Assembly: GCF_009834535.1 (NCBI RefSeq)
Contig: NC_045697.1
Coordinates: 73,162,001-73,226,000 of the forward strand
From: Camelus ferus
Lineage: Eukaryota
Direction: 5' to 3'
DNA length: 64,000 nt
In this document: in pieces, positions 35,114-46,900 of the stretch
How positions within the stretch are numbered: the first letter of the stretch is position 1
Layout: the number at the start of each line of letters is the position of its first letter
Translations under genes and position numbers: made by a program
The notes under the pieces: generated by a model
What the model was told of the DNA's origin: nothing
The model's input: only the letters and a program-made list of their open reading frames with translations
The model's database searches: none

Positions 35114-38100
35114 ATGGCAATAAACACACATCTATCATTAATTACTGTAAATGTTAATGGACTAAATGCTCCAGTCAAAAGACACAGAGTGGCAGACTGG
35201 ATAATAAAGCAAGAACCTTCAATATGCTGCATACAAGAGACCCACTTTAGGGAGAAGGACACATATAGATTGAGAGTGAAAGGATGGAAAAGGATATTCC
35301 ATGCAAATGGAAAAGCCAAAAAAGCAGGTGTTGCAGTACTGATTTCAGACAAAATAGACTTTAAAACAAAGGCCATCAAGAAAGATAAAGAAGGACATTT
35401 TATAATGATTAAAGGAGTGATACAAGATGAGGATATTACACTCGTTAATATATATGCACCCAATATAGGAGCACCTAAGTACATACAAGAATTACTAACA
35501 GAGATGAAGGGGGATATTGATGGGAATACAATCATAGTTGGAGATTTTAACACTGCATTAACATCACTAGACAGATCTTCCAGACAGAAAATAAACAAGG
35601 CAACAGAGAAATTAAATACTACAATAGAAAAACTAGATTTGGTGGATATTTTCAGAGCATTACACCCCCCAAAAATAGGATATACATTCTTTTCAAGTGC
35701 ACATGGAACATTTTCCAGGATCGATCATGTACTTGGGCACAAAAGAAACCTCAACAATTTTAAGAAGATAGAAACTATCTCAAGCATCTTTACTGACCAC
35801 AATGCCATGAAACTGGAAATCAACAACAGAGAAACAAAGGAGAAAAAAAGGAAAGCATGGAGATTAAACAATATGTTATTGAAAAAACAATGGATCAATG
35901 AGGAAATCAAAGCTGAAATTAAAAAATACCTTGAGACAAATGATAATGAAAGCACAACCACTCAAAACCTATGGGACACAGCAAAGGCAGTGCTAAGAGG
36001 GAAGTTTATAGCGATACAGGCCTTCCTCAAAAAAGAAGAACAATCTCAAATAAACAATCTAACCCACCACCTGAATGAATTAGAAAAAGAAGAACAAAAA
36101 GCCCCAAAAAGCAGCAGAAGGAAGGAAATAATAAAGATCAGAGAGGAATTAAATACAATAGAGATTAACAAGACCATAGAAAAAATCAACCAAACCAAAA
36201 GCTGGTTTTTTGAAAAAGTAAATAAAATCGACAAACCTCTGGCCCAAACTCACAAAGAAGAAAAAAGAGAGAGCACAAATTAGCAAAATAAGAAAGGAAA
36301 ATGGAGAAATTACAACAAACAAAATAGAAATACATAATATCATACGAGAATATTATGAAAAACTATATGGAACCAAACTGGATAACCTAGAGGAGATGGA
36401 CAAGTTTCTGGAAACATACTGTCCACCAAAACTGAATCAAGAAGAATCTGAACACTTGAACAATCCGATCACTAGAAAGGAAATAGAAATAGCGATTAAA
36501 AACCTCCCTACAAATAAAAGTCCAGGACCGGACGGCTTCACCGGGGAATTCTACCAAACATACAAAGAAGAACTCATACCAGTCCTTCTCAAACTCTTCC
36601 AGACGATTGAAAAGGAGGGAATACTCCCAAACTCATTCTATGAAGCCACCATCACCCTGATACCAAAACCAGGCAAAGACACTACAAAAAAAGAGAATTA
36701 TAGGCCAATATCACTGATGAACATAGACGCCAAAATCCTCACCAAAATTTTAGCAAATAGAATCCAACAACACATAAAAAAGATTATACATCATGACCAA
36801 GTGGGGTTCATCCCAGGGACACAAGGCTGGTTCAACATACACAAATCAATCAGTGTAATACATCACATCAACAAGAGAAAGGACAAAAACCACATGATCA
36901 TCTCAATCGATGCAGAAAAAGCATTTGATAAAATTCAACACCCATTTATGATAAAAACTCTCGCCAAAGTGGGTATAGAGGGAACATATCTCAACATAAT
37001 AAAAGCTATATATGACAAACCTACAGCCAGCATAGTACTCAACGGTGAAAAACTCAAAAGCTTCCCACTAAAATCTGGGACAAGACAAGGATGCCCACTA
37101 TCACCACTCCTATTCAACCTAGTCCTGGAAGTCCTAGCCAGAGCAGTCAGGCAAGAGAAAGAAATAAAAGGGATCCAAATTGGAAAAGAAGAGGTAAAAG
37201 TGTCATTATATGCTGATGACATGTTACTATATATAGAAAACCCTAAAAGGTCCACACAAAAGCTACTAGAGCTGATTGAAGAATTCAGCAAGGTAGCAGG
37301 TTACAAAATTAACGTTCAAAAATCAGTTGCATTTCTTTACACTAACAATAAATCAACAGAAGAAGAAAGTAAAGAAACAATCCCCTTTAAAATAGCACCC
37401 AAAGTAATAAAATATCTGGGAATAAATCTAACCAAGGAGGTGAAAGAATTATACACAGAAAACTATAAACCATTGATGAAGGAAATTAAAGAAGACTTTA
37501 AAAAATGGAAAGGTATTCCATGCTCTTGGATTGGAAGAGTCAATATTGTTAAAATGGTCATACTGCCCAAGGCAATCTACAGATTTAATGCAAGCCCTAT
37601 CCAATTACCCAGGACATATTTCACAGAACTAGAAAAAATCATAATAAAATTCATATGGAACCATCAAAGACCTAGAATTGCCAAAGCATTACTGAAGAGA
37701 AAGAAAGAGGCTGGAGGAATAACTCTCCCAGATTTCAGACAATACTATAGAGCTACAGTCATCAAGACAGCATGATATTGGTACCAAAACAGACATATAG
37801 ACCAATGGAACAGAATAGAGAGCCCAGAAATGAACCCACAAACTTTTGGTCAACTCATCTTCGACAAAGGAGGCAAGAATATACATTGGAATAAAGACAG
37901 TCTCTTCAGCAAATGGTGTTGGGAAAACTGGACAGCAGCATGTAAAACAATGAAGCTAGAACACTCCCTTACACCATATACAAAAATCAACTCAAAATGG
38001 ATCAAAGACTTAAACACAAGACAAGATACAATAAACCTCCTAGAGGAAAACATAGGCAAAACATTATCTGACATACATTTCAAAAATTTTCTCCTAGAAG

Positions 38101-38911
38101 AAATAAAAGCAAGAATAAACAAATGGGACCTAATGAAACTTACAAGCTTCTGCACAGCAAAGGAAACCAGAAATAAAACAAGAAGACAACCTACGGAATG
38201 GGAGAAAATTTTTGCAAGTGAAGCCGACAAAGGCTTGATCTCCAGAATATATAAGCAGCTCATACGACTCAATAAGAAAAAAATAAACAACCCAATCCAA
38301 AAATGGGCAGAAGACCTAAACAAGCAATTCTCCAAGGAAGACATACAAATGATCAAAAAGCACATGAAAAAATGCTCAATATCACTAATTATCAGAGAAA
38401 TGCAAATCAAAACTACAATGAGGTATCACCTCACACCAGTCAGAATGGCCATCATTCAAAAACCCACAAATGACAAATGCTGGAGAGGCTGTGGAGAAAG
38501 GGGAACCCTCCTACACTGCTGGTGGGAATGCAGTTTGGTGCAGCCACTATGGAAAACAGTGTGGAGATTCCTCAAAAACTAGGAATAGACTTACCATATG
38601 ACCCAGGAATCCCATTCCTGGGCTTGTATCCAGAAGGAAATCTACTTCAGGATGACACTTGCACCCCAATGTTCATAGCAGCACTATTTACAATAGCCAA
38701 AACATGGAAACAGCCTAAATGTCCATCAACAGGTGACTGGATAAAGAAGAGGTGGTATATTTATACAATGGAATACTACTCAGCCATAAAACCCGACAAC
38801 ATAATGCCATTTGCAGCAACATGGATGCTCCTGGAGAATGTCATTCTAAGTGGAGTAAGCCAGAAAGAGAAAGAAAAATACCATATGAGATCGCTCATAT
38901 GTGGAATCTAA
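35114..38911 (+). pseudogene. ORF2: LINE-1 ORF2p (EN-RT-Cys) with three disabling lesions
   Basis: EN (NVNGLN, GDFN, DHN), RT (QGCPLSP, YADD) and a Cys-rich C-terminus. Lesions: +1 C at 36243-36245, TGG>TGA at 37773-37775, -1 A at 38574-38578. Confidence 0.95.
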
Positions 38912-39007
38912 AAAACAAAAACAAAAACAAACAAACAAACAAAAACAAAGCGTAAATAAAGGACAGAAATAGACTCACAGACAGAGAATACAGACTTGTG
39001 GTTACCA

Positions 39008-39029
39008 GGGGGGTGGAGGGTGGGAAGGG
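39008..39029 (+). other. G-rich tract of the L1 3'UTR (G-quadruplex-type motif)
   Basis: ggggggtggagggtgggaaggg has four G3+ runs; a polypurine/G-rich tract is a known feature of mammalian L1 3'UTRs. Confidence 0.6.
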
Positions 39030-39429
39030 ATAGACTGGGATTTCAAAATTGTAGAATAGACTACACTGTATAGCACAGGGAAATATACACAAAATGTTAT
39101 GATAACTCACGGAGAAAAAAATGTGACAATGAGTGTGTATATGTCCATGAATAACTGAAAAATTGTGCTGAACGCTGGAGTTTGACACAGCATTGTGGTA
39201 TGATTATAAATCAGTGAAGGATGTTGAAAAAAAAAAGAGAAAAAAAAATGCAACACATTTAGAATGAAATGTTAAAGGGATGGTAACTTCACTATTACCA
39301 CTTTACAAAATAGTACACATAATGGCACCAACAAGTTTCAGTCCCCCAACATGCGATGATTGCCAACATTCAAACTGTTTTAGTTCGATAAATCCAAGAA
39401 TCAAGAGAGCAATATTCTAAGGCACCTGC

Positions 39430-39960
39430 TAAAAGCATAGACCATTGATTATCTTGACTGTGACTATGGAACATGCTATTTCCCAAAGCAGTTTTCATTG
39501 CTGCTGTGTTAACAGAGGCAGATACTTCACATGAAGGTGAAAGAACACACAGCCATCTATAAACCTCGGCATAAAAGTGCTGAAAACACCACCAGTGTCC
39601 ATCGTTGTACCTCCCTGAAGGTGGGTGTTTATGAGAAATGTCCAGAGGACAAAAGCAAGGCATGGAATTGGACAGCCCCCCGTTGGTAACTTACATCCTG
39701 AAATAAGAGATTTGATTATCCTTATCATTATCTCTGCTTGCTGAGCAGAGCTCCCAGAGCTATTAGTGGTCATGAAATTACCCAGCTGTTTTTTAAATTC
39801 AACCATAGTATTTGACTCAGTGACCTCTTCGGTCAATGAATTTCACAGGTTGACTGTACCCATTTATAAGGCATTATTTACCTCAATTTGTTCTGAATTT
39901 ACTGCCCCTTATTTTTATCAAGTATCTCCTTGTCCTTATCTTATTATGGGACAAGGTTAA
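39430..39960 (-). mobile_element. Ancient CR1-clade LINE 3' end with 3'UTR
   Basis: Minus-strand translation RTRRYLIKIRGSKFRTN...TVNL*NSLTEEVTESNTMVEFKKQLGNFM matches a CR1 ORF2 end, followed by CR1-type 3'UTR motifs (ttcaccttcatgtgaagtatctg). Confidence 0.75.
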
Positions 39961-40707
39961 AAAAAAAAAGTGTCCTTTGTAATTCTGAATGCTTCAATCA
40001 AGGACTTTTCTAAAATACACTAGATTTTAGAATTTTTTATTAGGAAAATGAAAAATCTGGCTATATCCCATCTAGTCTCTATTAATGCTTTATTCTCACC
40101 ATGACTTTTTATTACTTGGCCGTGAATTCGGTGCCTGCTATACTGCATCATTCTGTTTTTTTCATATTATTGATAGCATAAGAATGACAATCATGAACGT
40201 TACATTTCTTCCAGTAAGAAAATTCAAGTTTGTAATGATATGAAATGATTAAACTCTTACTAATACCATGATTTTCTATTAATTGAAATATTTGTCTTGG
40301 TAAAACCAAGACATTCAAAATACTTAAATTTCAGGCTTATTGAACCAGAGTAAAGTAGTGTTCTCTCAACAAGGTATTTTTGGCATTATCTTTTTGAGTA
40401 AATTCTTTTTACTAGATTGTTCTGGAGTGATTTAGATCCACTAAAATCAAAGGTGTGGCTAAGTTGATTATCTAGTCAAGTGATTCTGTTGTAATTCATC
40501 TGGATAAATGATTTTGCAATTTACCACAACATTGTTCTTCATAAGCTGAGCACATGTTTCTCACCACAGTATTCAGAGATTCTCATCACTTTGAGAAATA
40601 ATTTCTATATATGGAATGTATGTGTTTTTGCTAGATTGTATTTTGTAGTTATAAGCATTTATGCTGAACTAAAATTAGCTATTTTCAAATATATAGTTAA
40701 GTATAAT

Positions 40708-41185
40708 TTTCTGTTATTGAAGTATAGTCGGTTTACAATACTGTGTTCATTTCTGGTGTACAGCATAGTGATTTAGTTGTACATGTATACATATATTCCT
40801 TTTCATATTCTTTATCATTATAGGTTATTACAAGGTATTGAATATAGTTTCCCTGTGCTATACAGTAGGATCCTGTTGTTTATCTATTTTATATATAATA
40901 GTTAGTATCTGCAAATCCTGAACTCCCAGTTTATTGCTCCACCCTCCCCTTTCCTCCTTGGTAACACTAAGTTTATTTTCCATGTCTGTGAGTCGGTTTC
41001 TGTTTTGTAAATAAATTCATTTGTGTCATTTTTTTTTTTAGATTTCACATGTAAGTGACACCATAGGTATTTTTCTTTCTCTTTCTGGCTTGCTTCACTT
41101 AGTATGACAATCTCCAGGTTCATCAGTGTTGCTGCAAATAGCACTATTTTATTCTTTTTCATGGCTGAGTAGTATTCCATTATCC
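40708..41185 (-). mobile_element. 5'-truncated L1 3' end
   Basis: ORF 40902-41180(-) MEYYSAMKKNKIVLFAATLMNLEIVILSEASQKEKEKY is the ORF2 C-terminus, followed by the 3'UTR. Confidence 0.9.
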
Positions 41186-42899
41186 ATATATACTACTATT
41201 TCTTTTTCCTCCTTTTATAGTTGAAAATACTTGCAAACCTTGTTGTGTCATGTTCATTCAAGACTCCTTCATTCATGTAATAAAAATGTTTAGCTCTACT
41301 TTAGAAATAAAGTGAGACATGATACATGTATACAAACAACTAAAATGCAAGGAAGCAAAAGAGTAGTCTTTCCTTGATATTTAGCCTTCCTTAAGGATAG
41401 TACAGCGAACATCTATTTGATGAAAATACAAGTTTCTGTGTTGCAGCTCAGACCTACTAAATCAAACTCTCAGTGTCGTGGGACTAAGGAGCCAGCCTTT
41501 ACCCGTGCTCATCACAGTTCTCTTCAGACCTCTTCTAATTTTAACTTTTTCCCTGGAAAAGCTTTCATACTTGTAGCTTCAGTTATTTACTTGCTGGAGT
41601 TTTATCTCCAGCTTGGAGTTCACTTTTGAGTACCAGTTGTTATATTCTGGTTTGTCTTAGAGAAATTTTCTATTCAAACTGAAGTAATGACTTTTCCCTA
41701 AAATCTTGCTTTAATCTAGTTTCATCTAGTTTCTTGCGTGTGAATGGTTACAACACTTATTTAAGTGCCATTGATTGTCTTTTCCTCTTCCTTTTAATAT
41801 TTAAGTGGTAAAATTTACTATCTTACCCATTATTGGGTATCTGTTGGGTTTTATGTTTAGAAAGTACACTCATCCTGGAGATCAGATACATCATCATGCT
41901 TCTTATTAAATGATGGAGCACAATTGCTAAATTGTGGACCATGGTTCAAAATCCAGGCTGACATCATGGAATTGAATAGTGGCCCCATCTAGGTGTTCCC
42001 AAGACTGTTTTATAGCATCAAGCTTACATAATTCAAATCATAATTAGCATCAACAGAGGTTTAACTGAGTCCTTGTTGAATATAAGAATTTTAAGACATT
42101 GAAAAGAAACTTATTCTACAGAACTGTGGAAGTCTATAAGTGAAAAATAAGAAAGTTAAAAACACTTGGAAGTCTATGGTGCCTCATCTTCTTATAAAGG
42201 TTAAACCTAAATATTGGTCAAAGTTTTCCATTTGTGCAAATGGAGGCTAATAGGCTTGGAATAAAACAATATTTATGTTTGTCTTTTTCTTACAGCTAAA
42301 TTAGAATTAAGTTGCTTTCAGACATATTTTTACAGAAAATAATTATAATATACTAGAGGCCAAAACATGCCAATTTGAAAGCCCTCTTCCCTCTGCTCTT
42401 CTGAAATACTGGTAGAAAGGGGACTCTTGAAAAAACATATCCTATTTTGACAGTATCACAAAGATTCTTCTACTTTCTTAAGTTGAGTGTTCTTATTAAT
42501 TTGGTAGTGCGAATTACCAAGATGTTTATCTCAGGGAAAACATTTAAAGTAGTAATAAGTCTTGTCATTACCTCAATACAAAGTCGAAAGTTTATTATTG
42601 GTACTTGCAGATGAAATTTCCTCCCCGAAACAATACAGATTGGTGGTTATTTTTATCATCAGTTCAGAAGGAACATATAACAGTTTATGTGTTATGTGTA
42701 TTTAGTAGTTAATTTATTCTATATCAGATGACTTTATTTTTTTCCTTGTGAGCAGTTTAGAAGAATACTCTAAAATAACTTTAATTATGGAACATTTGGT
42801 ACATCCCAATGCAGGTTATGAAGCATAATAAAAAGAACACTTATGAAATAGACCATCATCAATAGTGTGGCCTCAATAGGTATGTGTCTCTTTGATCCT

Positions 42900-45800
42900 A
42901 TTCTTCTACTTTTCTGGTATTGGAAGCACCCTCCTGAAATCTGTGTTTACCATTTCTTTGCTTTTAAAAAATAATTTGATGATATATCACTCAGCAGGTT
43001 TTTAAAATTTATCCATGTGATTTCATAAAACTGCAATTCACTTATTTTCACTGTAATCTAACATTCCATTGTATGATTATTCTACATTTTATCTACACAT
43101 TCTATTGATAGTTGTTTGAGTTGTCTTAAGTTTTTGCTATTAAGGGGAATAGTACAATGAACATTCTTGTACAGGTCTTGTGGTGCACATGCATAAAGGT
43201 TCTCTGTGGTATGCATCTCAAAGTGGAATTGCTGAGTTGTAGGGAATGAGCATTTTTGTACTTAAAAGACAATACCATACAAACTACTATATACAAAATA
43301 GATAAACAACAAGGTCCTACTGTATAGCACAAGGAACTATATTTAATAGTGTGTAATAATCTATAATGAAAAATAATATAAAAAAGAATATATATGTAAA
43401 ATGAAATCATTATGCTGTACACAAGTAACCAACACAACACTGTAAATCAACTATATTTCAATGAAACAAGGAGACAATGCCAAATTATTTTCCAAAAGGA
43501 TTGTATTAATTTACATCCCTGCTGGTAGCATATGAAGAATCTCATTAATTCAAATCCTCATGAAAACTTGTATTGTCAATTATAATATGTGTCAATCTGG
43601 TGGGTATAACATAGTGGATCATAGTAGTATTAATTGCTAATTCTCTGATTACTAAAGAGGGTGAGGATGTCTTCATATTTTTATTTACTATTCAGGTATT
43701 ATAAATATTGATTATTTACATAGATTGCCTATTTTTGGCCATTTTTATATTGGGTTGTTTATCTTTTTCTTATTGATTTGTAAAAATTCTTTACATAATC
43801 TGTTACTAAAGTTCAGATAAATGAGTTAAAAAGTATTTCTCTTTTTTATTTTTAGGAAGTTTTTTTATAAGTTAAAATGATTTATTCCTTGAAAGTATAA
43901 TAGTATTTTCCTGTAAAACAGTAGAGAATTAGTTTTTCTTTGAGGGAAGATAATTTATTACGGATAAACATTCCTTGGAGATTCTTGAGCTATTCAAGCT
44001 TCTGATTTCTCACTCACTGAGATTTAATAAGTTATATTTTACTAGGACTTTGTCTAGTTTATCTAGGATTTCATATTTATTTGCAGCACAAAATTTCCCA
44101 TATTATTCTCTTACATTCTTTGTTTTTATAGAAATCATTACTCTATCTCTGCTTTCTGTTTTGTGTCTTCTTTCTCTTTTTCTTAACATATATTTGCATT
44201 TTTACTTATTATGGTTTTTCTTTACTATTTCAATAATTTCAGCTTTATTTTCTCATTTTTCTAATTTCTTTGGAATAGTCCCTTCTTTGTTCTAATATCT
44301 TGATTTGGTTTTTGCACTCACTAATTTGTAGTCCTTCTTATATTCTATTACAAACAGATAATTATTTAAATTCCTTCAATTTGTCATTTTTGTTGCTTTC
44401 CAAAGTTGGATATGAAGAACCTTCATTACTTTTCAGTTCTAATTATTTTCAACCTTGGATGTGATTTATTTTTATTTTTTAATTATTTGAGTCACATTTT
44501 ATAATGTACCAATGTAGAGAATTTTAATTTAGCTTTTTGTCAATAACTTCTACTTTATTTCAGTGTGCTAGACAACATTGTCTATAGGAAAGCAATTCTT
44601 TAAAATTTATTGAGGCCTATTATATGATTTGGCCTATTATACGATTAATATTTGCAAATGGTCTATATGTTCCATTCTATCAAATTTATACTTTCAAACT
44701 GTAGGGCTTAGAGTTCTATATAATGTGTTTATTAAATATATTGTTCTAATTTTTTAGACCCATTCTATCTTGATCTAACATTAATGGAGACAGTTGAGTG
44801 TAAACTTTCCATAATAATGGTGGATTTGTACATTTGTTCTTATAGGTCTATTAATATTTGATTTATACATAATGAGCCAATCTTATTAGTGCACACACAA
44901 GATTAGAATATATGTACATATACATAAATACTACATATTAGATACATGTATTCATGATGACTTGAACCTTGTTATCAGTGTATGACAATGCTTTCCTTTA
45001 ATTCAATTTAGGCTGCTAAGATAGCTATCCCTTTTTTCTTCTTATTAAAATTTGCCCAGTATAAGTTTTTCTGAATTTTTAATTTCAATAATTCATGCCT
45101 TGAGGTTTTAAGTAATTAGGGATTTAGATACTGCAATATAGGATAGAGTTAAAATTTTTCAGGCAGATATAACTGTTCTACAGATACATTAATTTCATTT
45201 GATATATATTTCCTTATTTAAACCATATTACTTTTGCTGCCAATTTGTTCCACCTTTGTTATACTTTTGTTTTTTCCTGTTTGGATTGATCAACTTTGTA
45301 TTTAGTATTATTCCATTTTTCATTAATTATTTAAAAAATTAGAAAATATTTTTAGTTTTAGTGTATAATTTCAAGCTTTATATGGATTTAGCTGCAAAAA
45401 TGTTTTTTAGTTTAGCCTTGAAATTATTTTAATTAATATTTGAACTTCTCTCCTGAGCAATAAAGTACTCTTACCACTGACTTAACTCTAATCATCACAA
45501 TTTGAACTCATACTATTAGTGTATAGACTTTAATTCTGTCCCTTAACCAAAACCTTATACTTATTTCTTTATACAACAGCATGATTGATTAATAGTCTGT
45601 TTATAAATGTCTTCATTCTCCATTCCTTGTTCCCTTTCAAACATTCCTTCTGGAATCCTCCTTCTTCTTGATGGATTCTTTATATATTCTTGTATAAATG
45701 CTGTGTTAGTAAACCCTCTAAACATTTTTTTTAATATTTTCTTTTCTTATTTATTGAAATACCATTTTGTTGAGTATGCCTTTCTAAGTTGAAGCTATTT

Positions 45801-46900
45801 TGTCTCTGTAGTATGATGATATTATACTAATCTTTTGTTTTTGTTTTGTTTTGTTTTCTAGTTTTATCAGGAGCAGTCAGTTCTCAGCCTAGTTTCCTCT
45901 CCTTAGTTTGAGTTTTTTCTCATTTCTTATATCATTTGGTCTTATTGTACTTTTTGTTCTACAGTATCACTGCACTATTCGTAAGGGTGGAGTTAGTTTT
46001 TGATGTCTTAATATATGTTTTGTTGCCTCCATCTATGAATTGATTTTTTTTCATAAATTTTGGTTCATTCTTAATTATAACTAAATATTATTTCCCTTTT
46101 ATTTCTTTTACAGTCTCCTTCTTTAACTCTAATTAGATTTATGCTAACCACCTCTGTTATATCCTAATATCTTAATCTTTCTTTTATATGCTCACATATT
46201 GTATTTCATTGTGCTTCATTTTGGAATTTCTCTCTGTATATGTTACATTTCACAAATTTTTTCTTCAATTGTCTCTAATCTCTATAATAAAACATTTAGT
46301 CAATTTACAATTCAGGGATTATATTCTTAATTTTAAATTTCTGTTTTGTTTTTTCCCCAATCTGCTTTCATAAAATTGCTTTTTATAATCATATTTTTCA
46401 TACTGTTGTAGAAATCAAATTTTGTGACTTCATCTTGGCATTTCACACATGCTCGTTTATTTTGTACATTATCTAATAATGACAGTGTCTGAAGTCCTTG
46501 GATCTAATCTCTTAATGTTACTATATATTTCTGTGACACTTGATTATAAATATATTTATTGATCATAACTGATAAAAATCTTATGGCTATATTATATTCA
46601 TTCTTCAAAAAATGATTTTTACTTGTTTTTTCAAAGAGGTAAAGGATGCTATCAATCTGGAATTGTTTTAGTTTCCTCCCAACTTCCATACTTAATGTTA
46701 GAGTTTTAGTTCCCACTCTGCTCCAAAGACCAAGGCTAAGCAAATACAATTGTTTGTCTCAAGTCTGCCTATTTTTCAAGTTTGTTTAAGGTGCAAAGCT
46801 TCCAAACATTCTGTAGCTCAAATAATTTTGTCCTACTAAATGTTTTTTTTTCATTTATTCATGAACCTGGGAGATTTCCTTTAATTTTTATTACCCCAGA
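42900..46900 (-). mobile_element. Highly degraded old L1 (L1ME-like) tract
   Basis: T-rich antisense L1 motifs (atgaacattcttgtacaggtcttgtggtgcacatg; ttctctgattactaaagagggtgagga). Boundaries approximate. Confidence 0.6.
43275..43468 (+). mobile_element. Short L1 3' end inserted into the older L1
   Basis: aaactactatatacaaaatagataaacaacaaggtcctactgtatagcac...tgtaaatcaactatatttcaat, with approximate TSD agacaatac/agacaatgc. Confidence 0.85.

Larger units (their letters stand above)
32104..39243 (+). mobile_element. Full-length young LINE-1 (~7.1 kb)
   Basis: TSD aaaaatgcaacacattta at 32086-32103 and 39244-39261, TTTT/AA endonuclease site, 5'UTR, ORF1, ORF2, 3'UTR and poly(A). Confidence 0.98.

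Noticed and set aside
34896..35123. 75-aa third L1 ORF in the spacer
   Set aside because: Short, A-rich, with no recognisable domain and no evidence of function.
33905..38410. Minus-strand ORFs of 118-202 aa
   Set aside because: These are shadow ORFs antisense to L1 ORF1 and ORF2.
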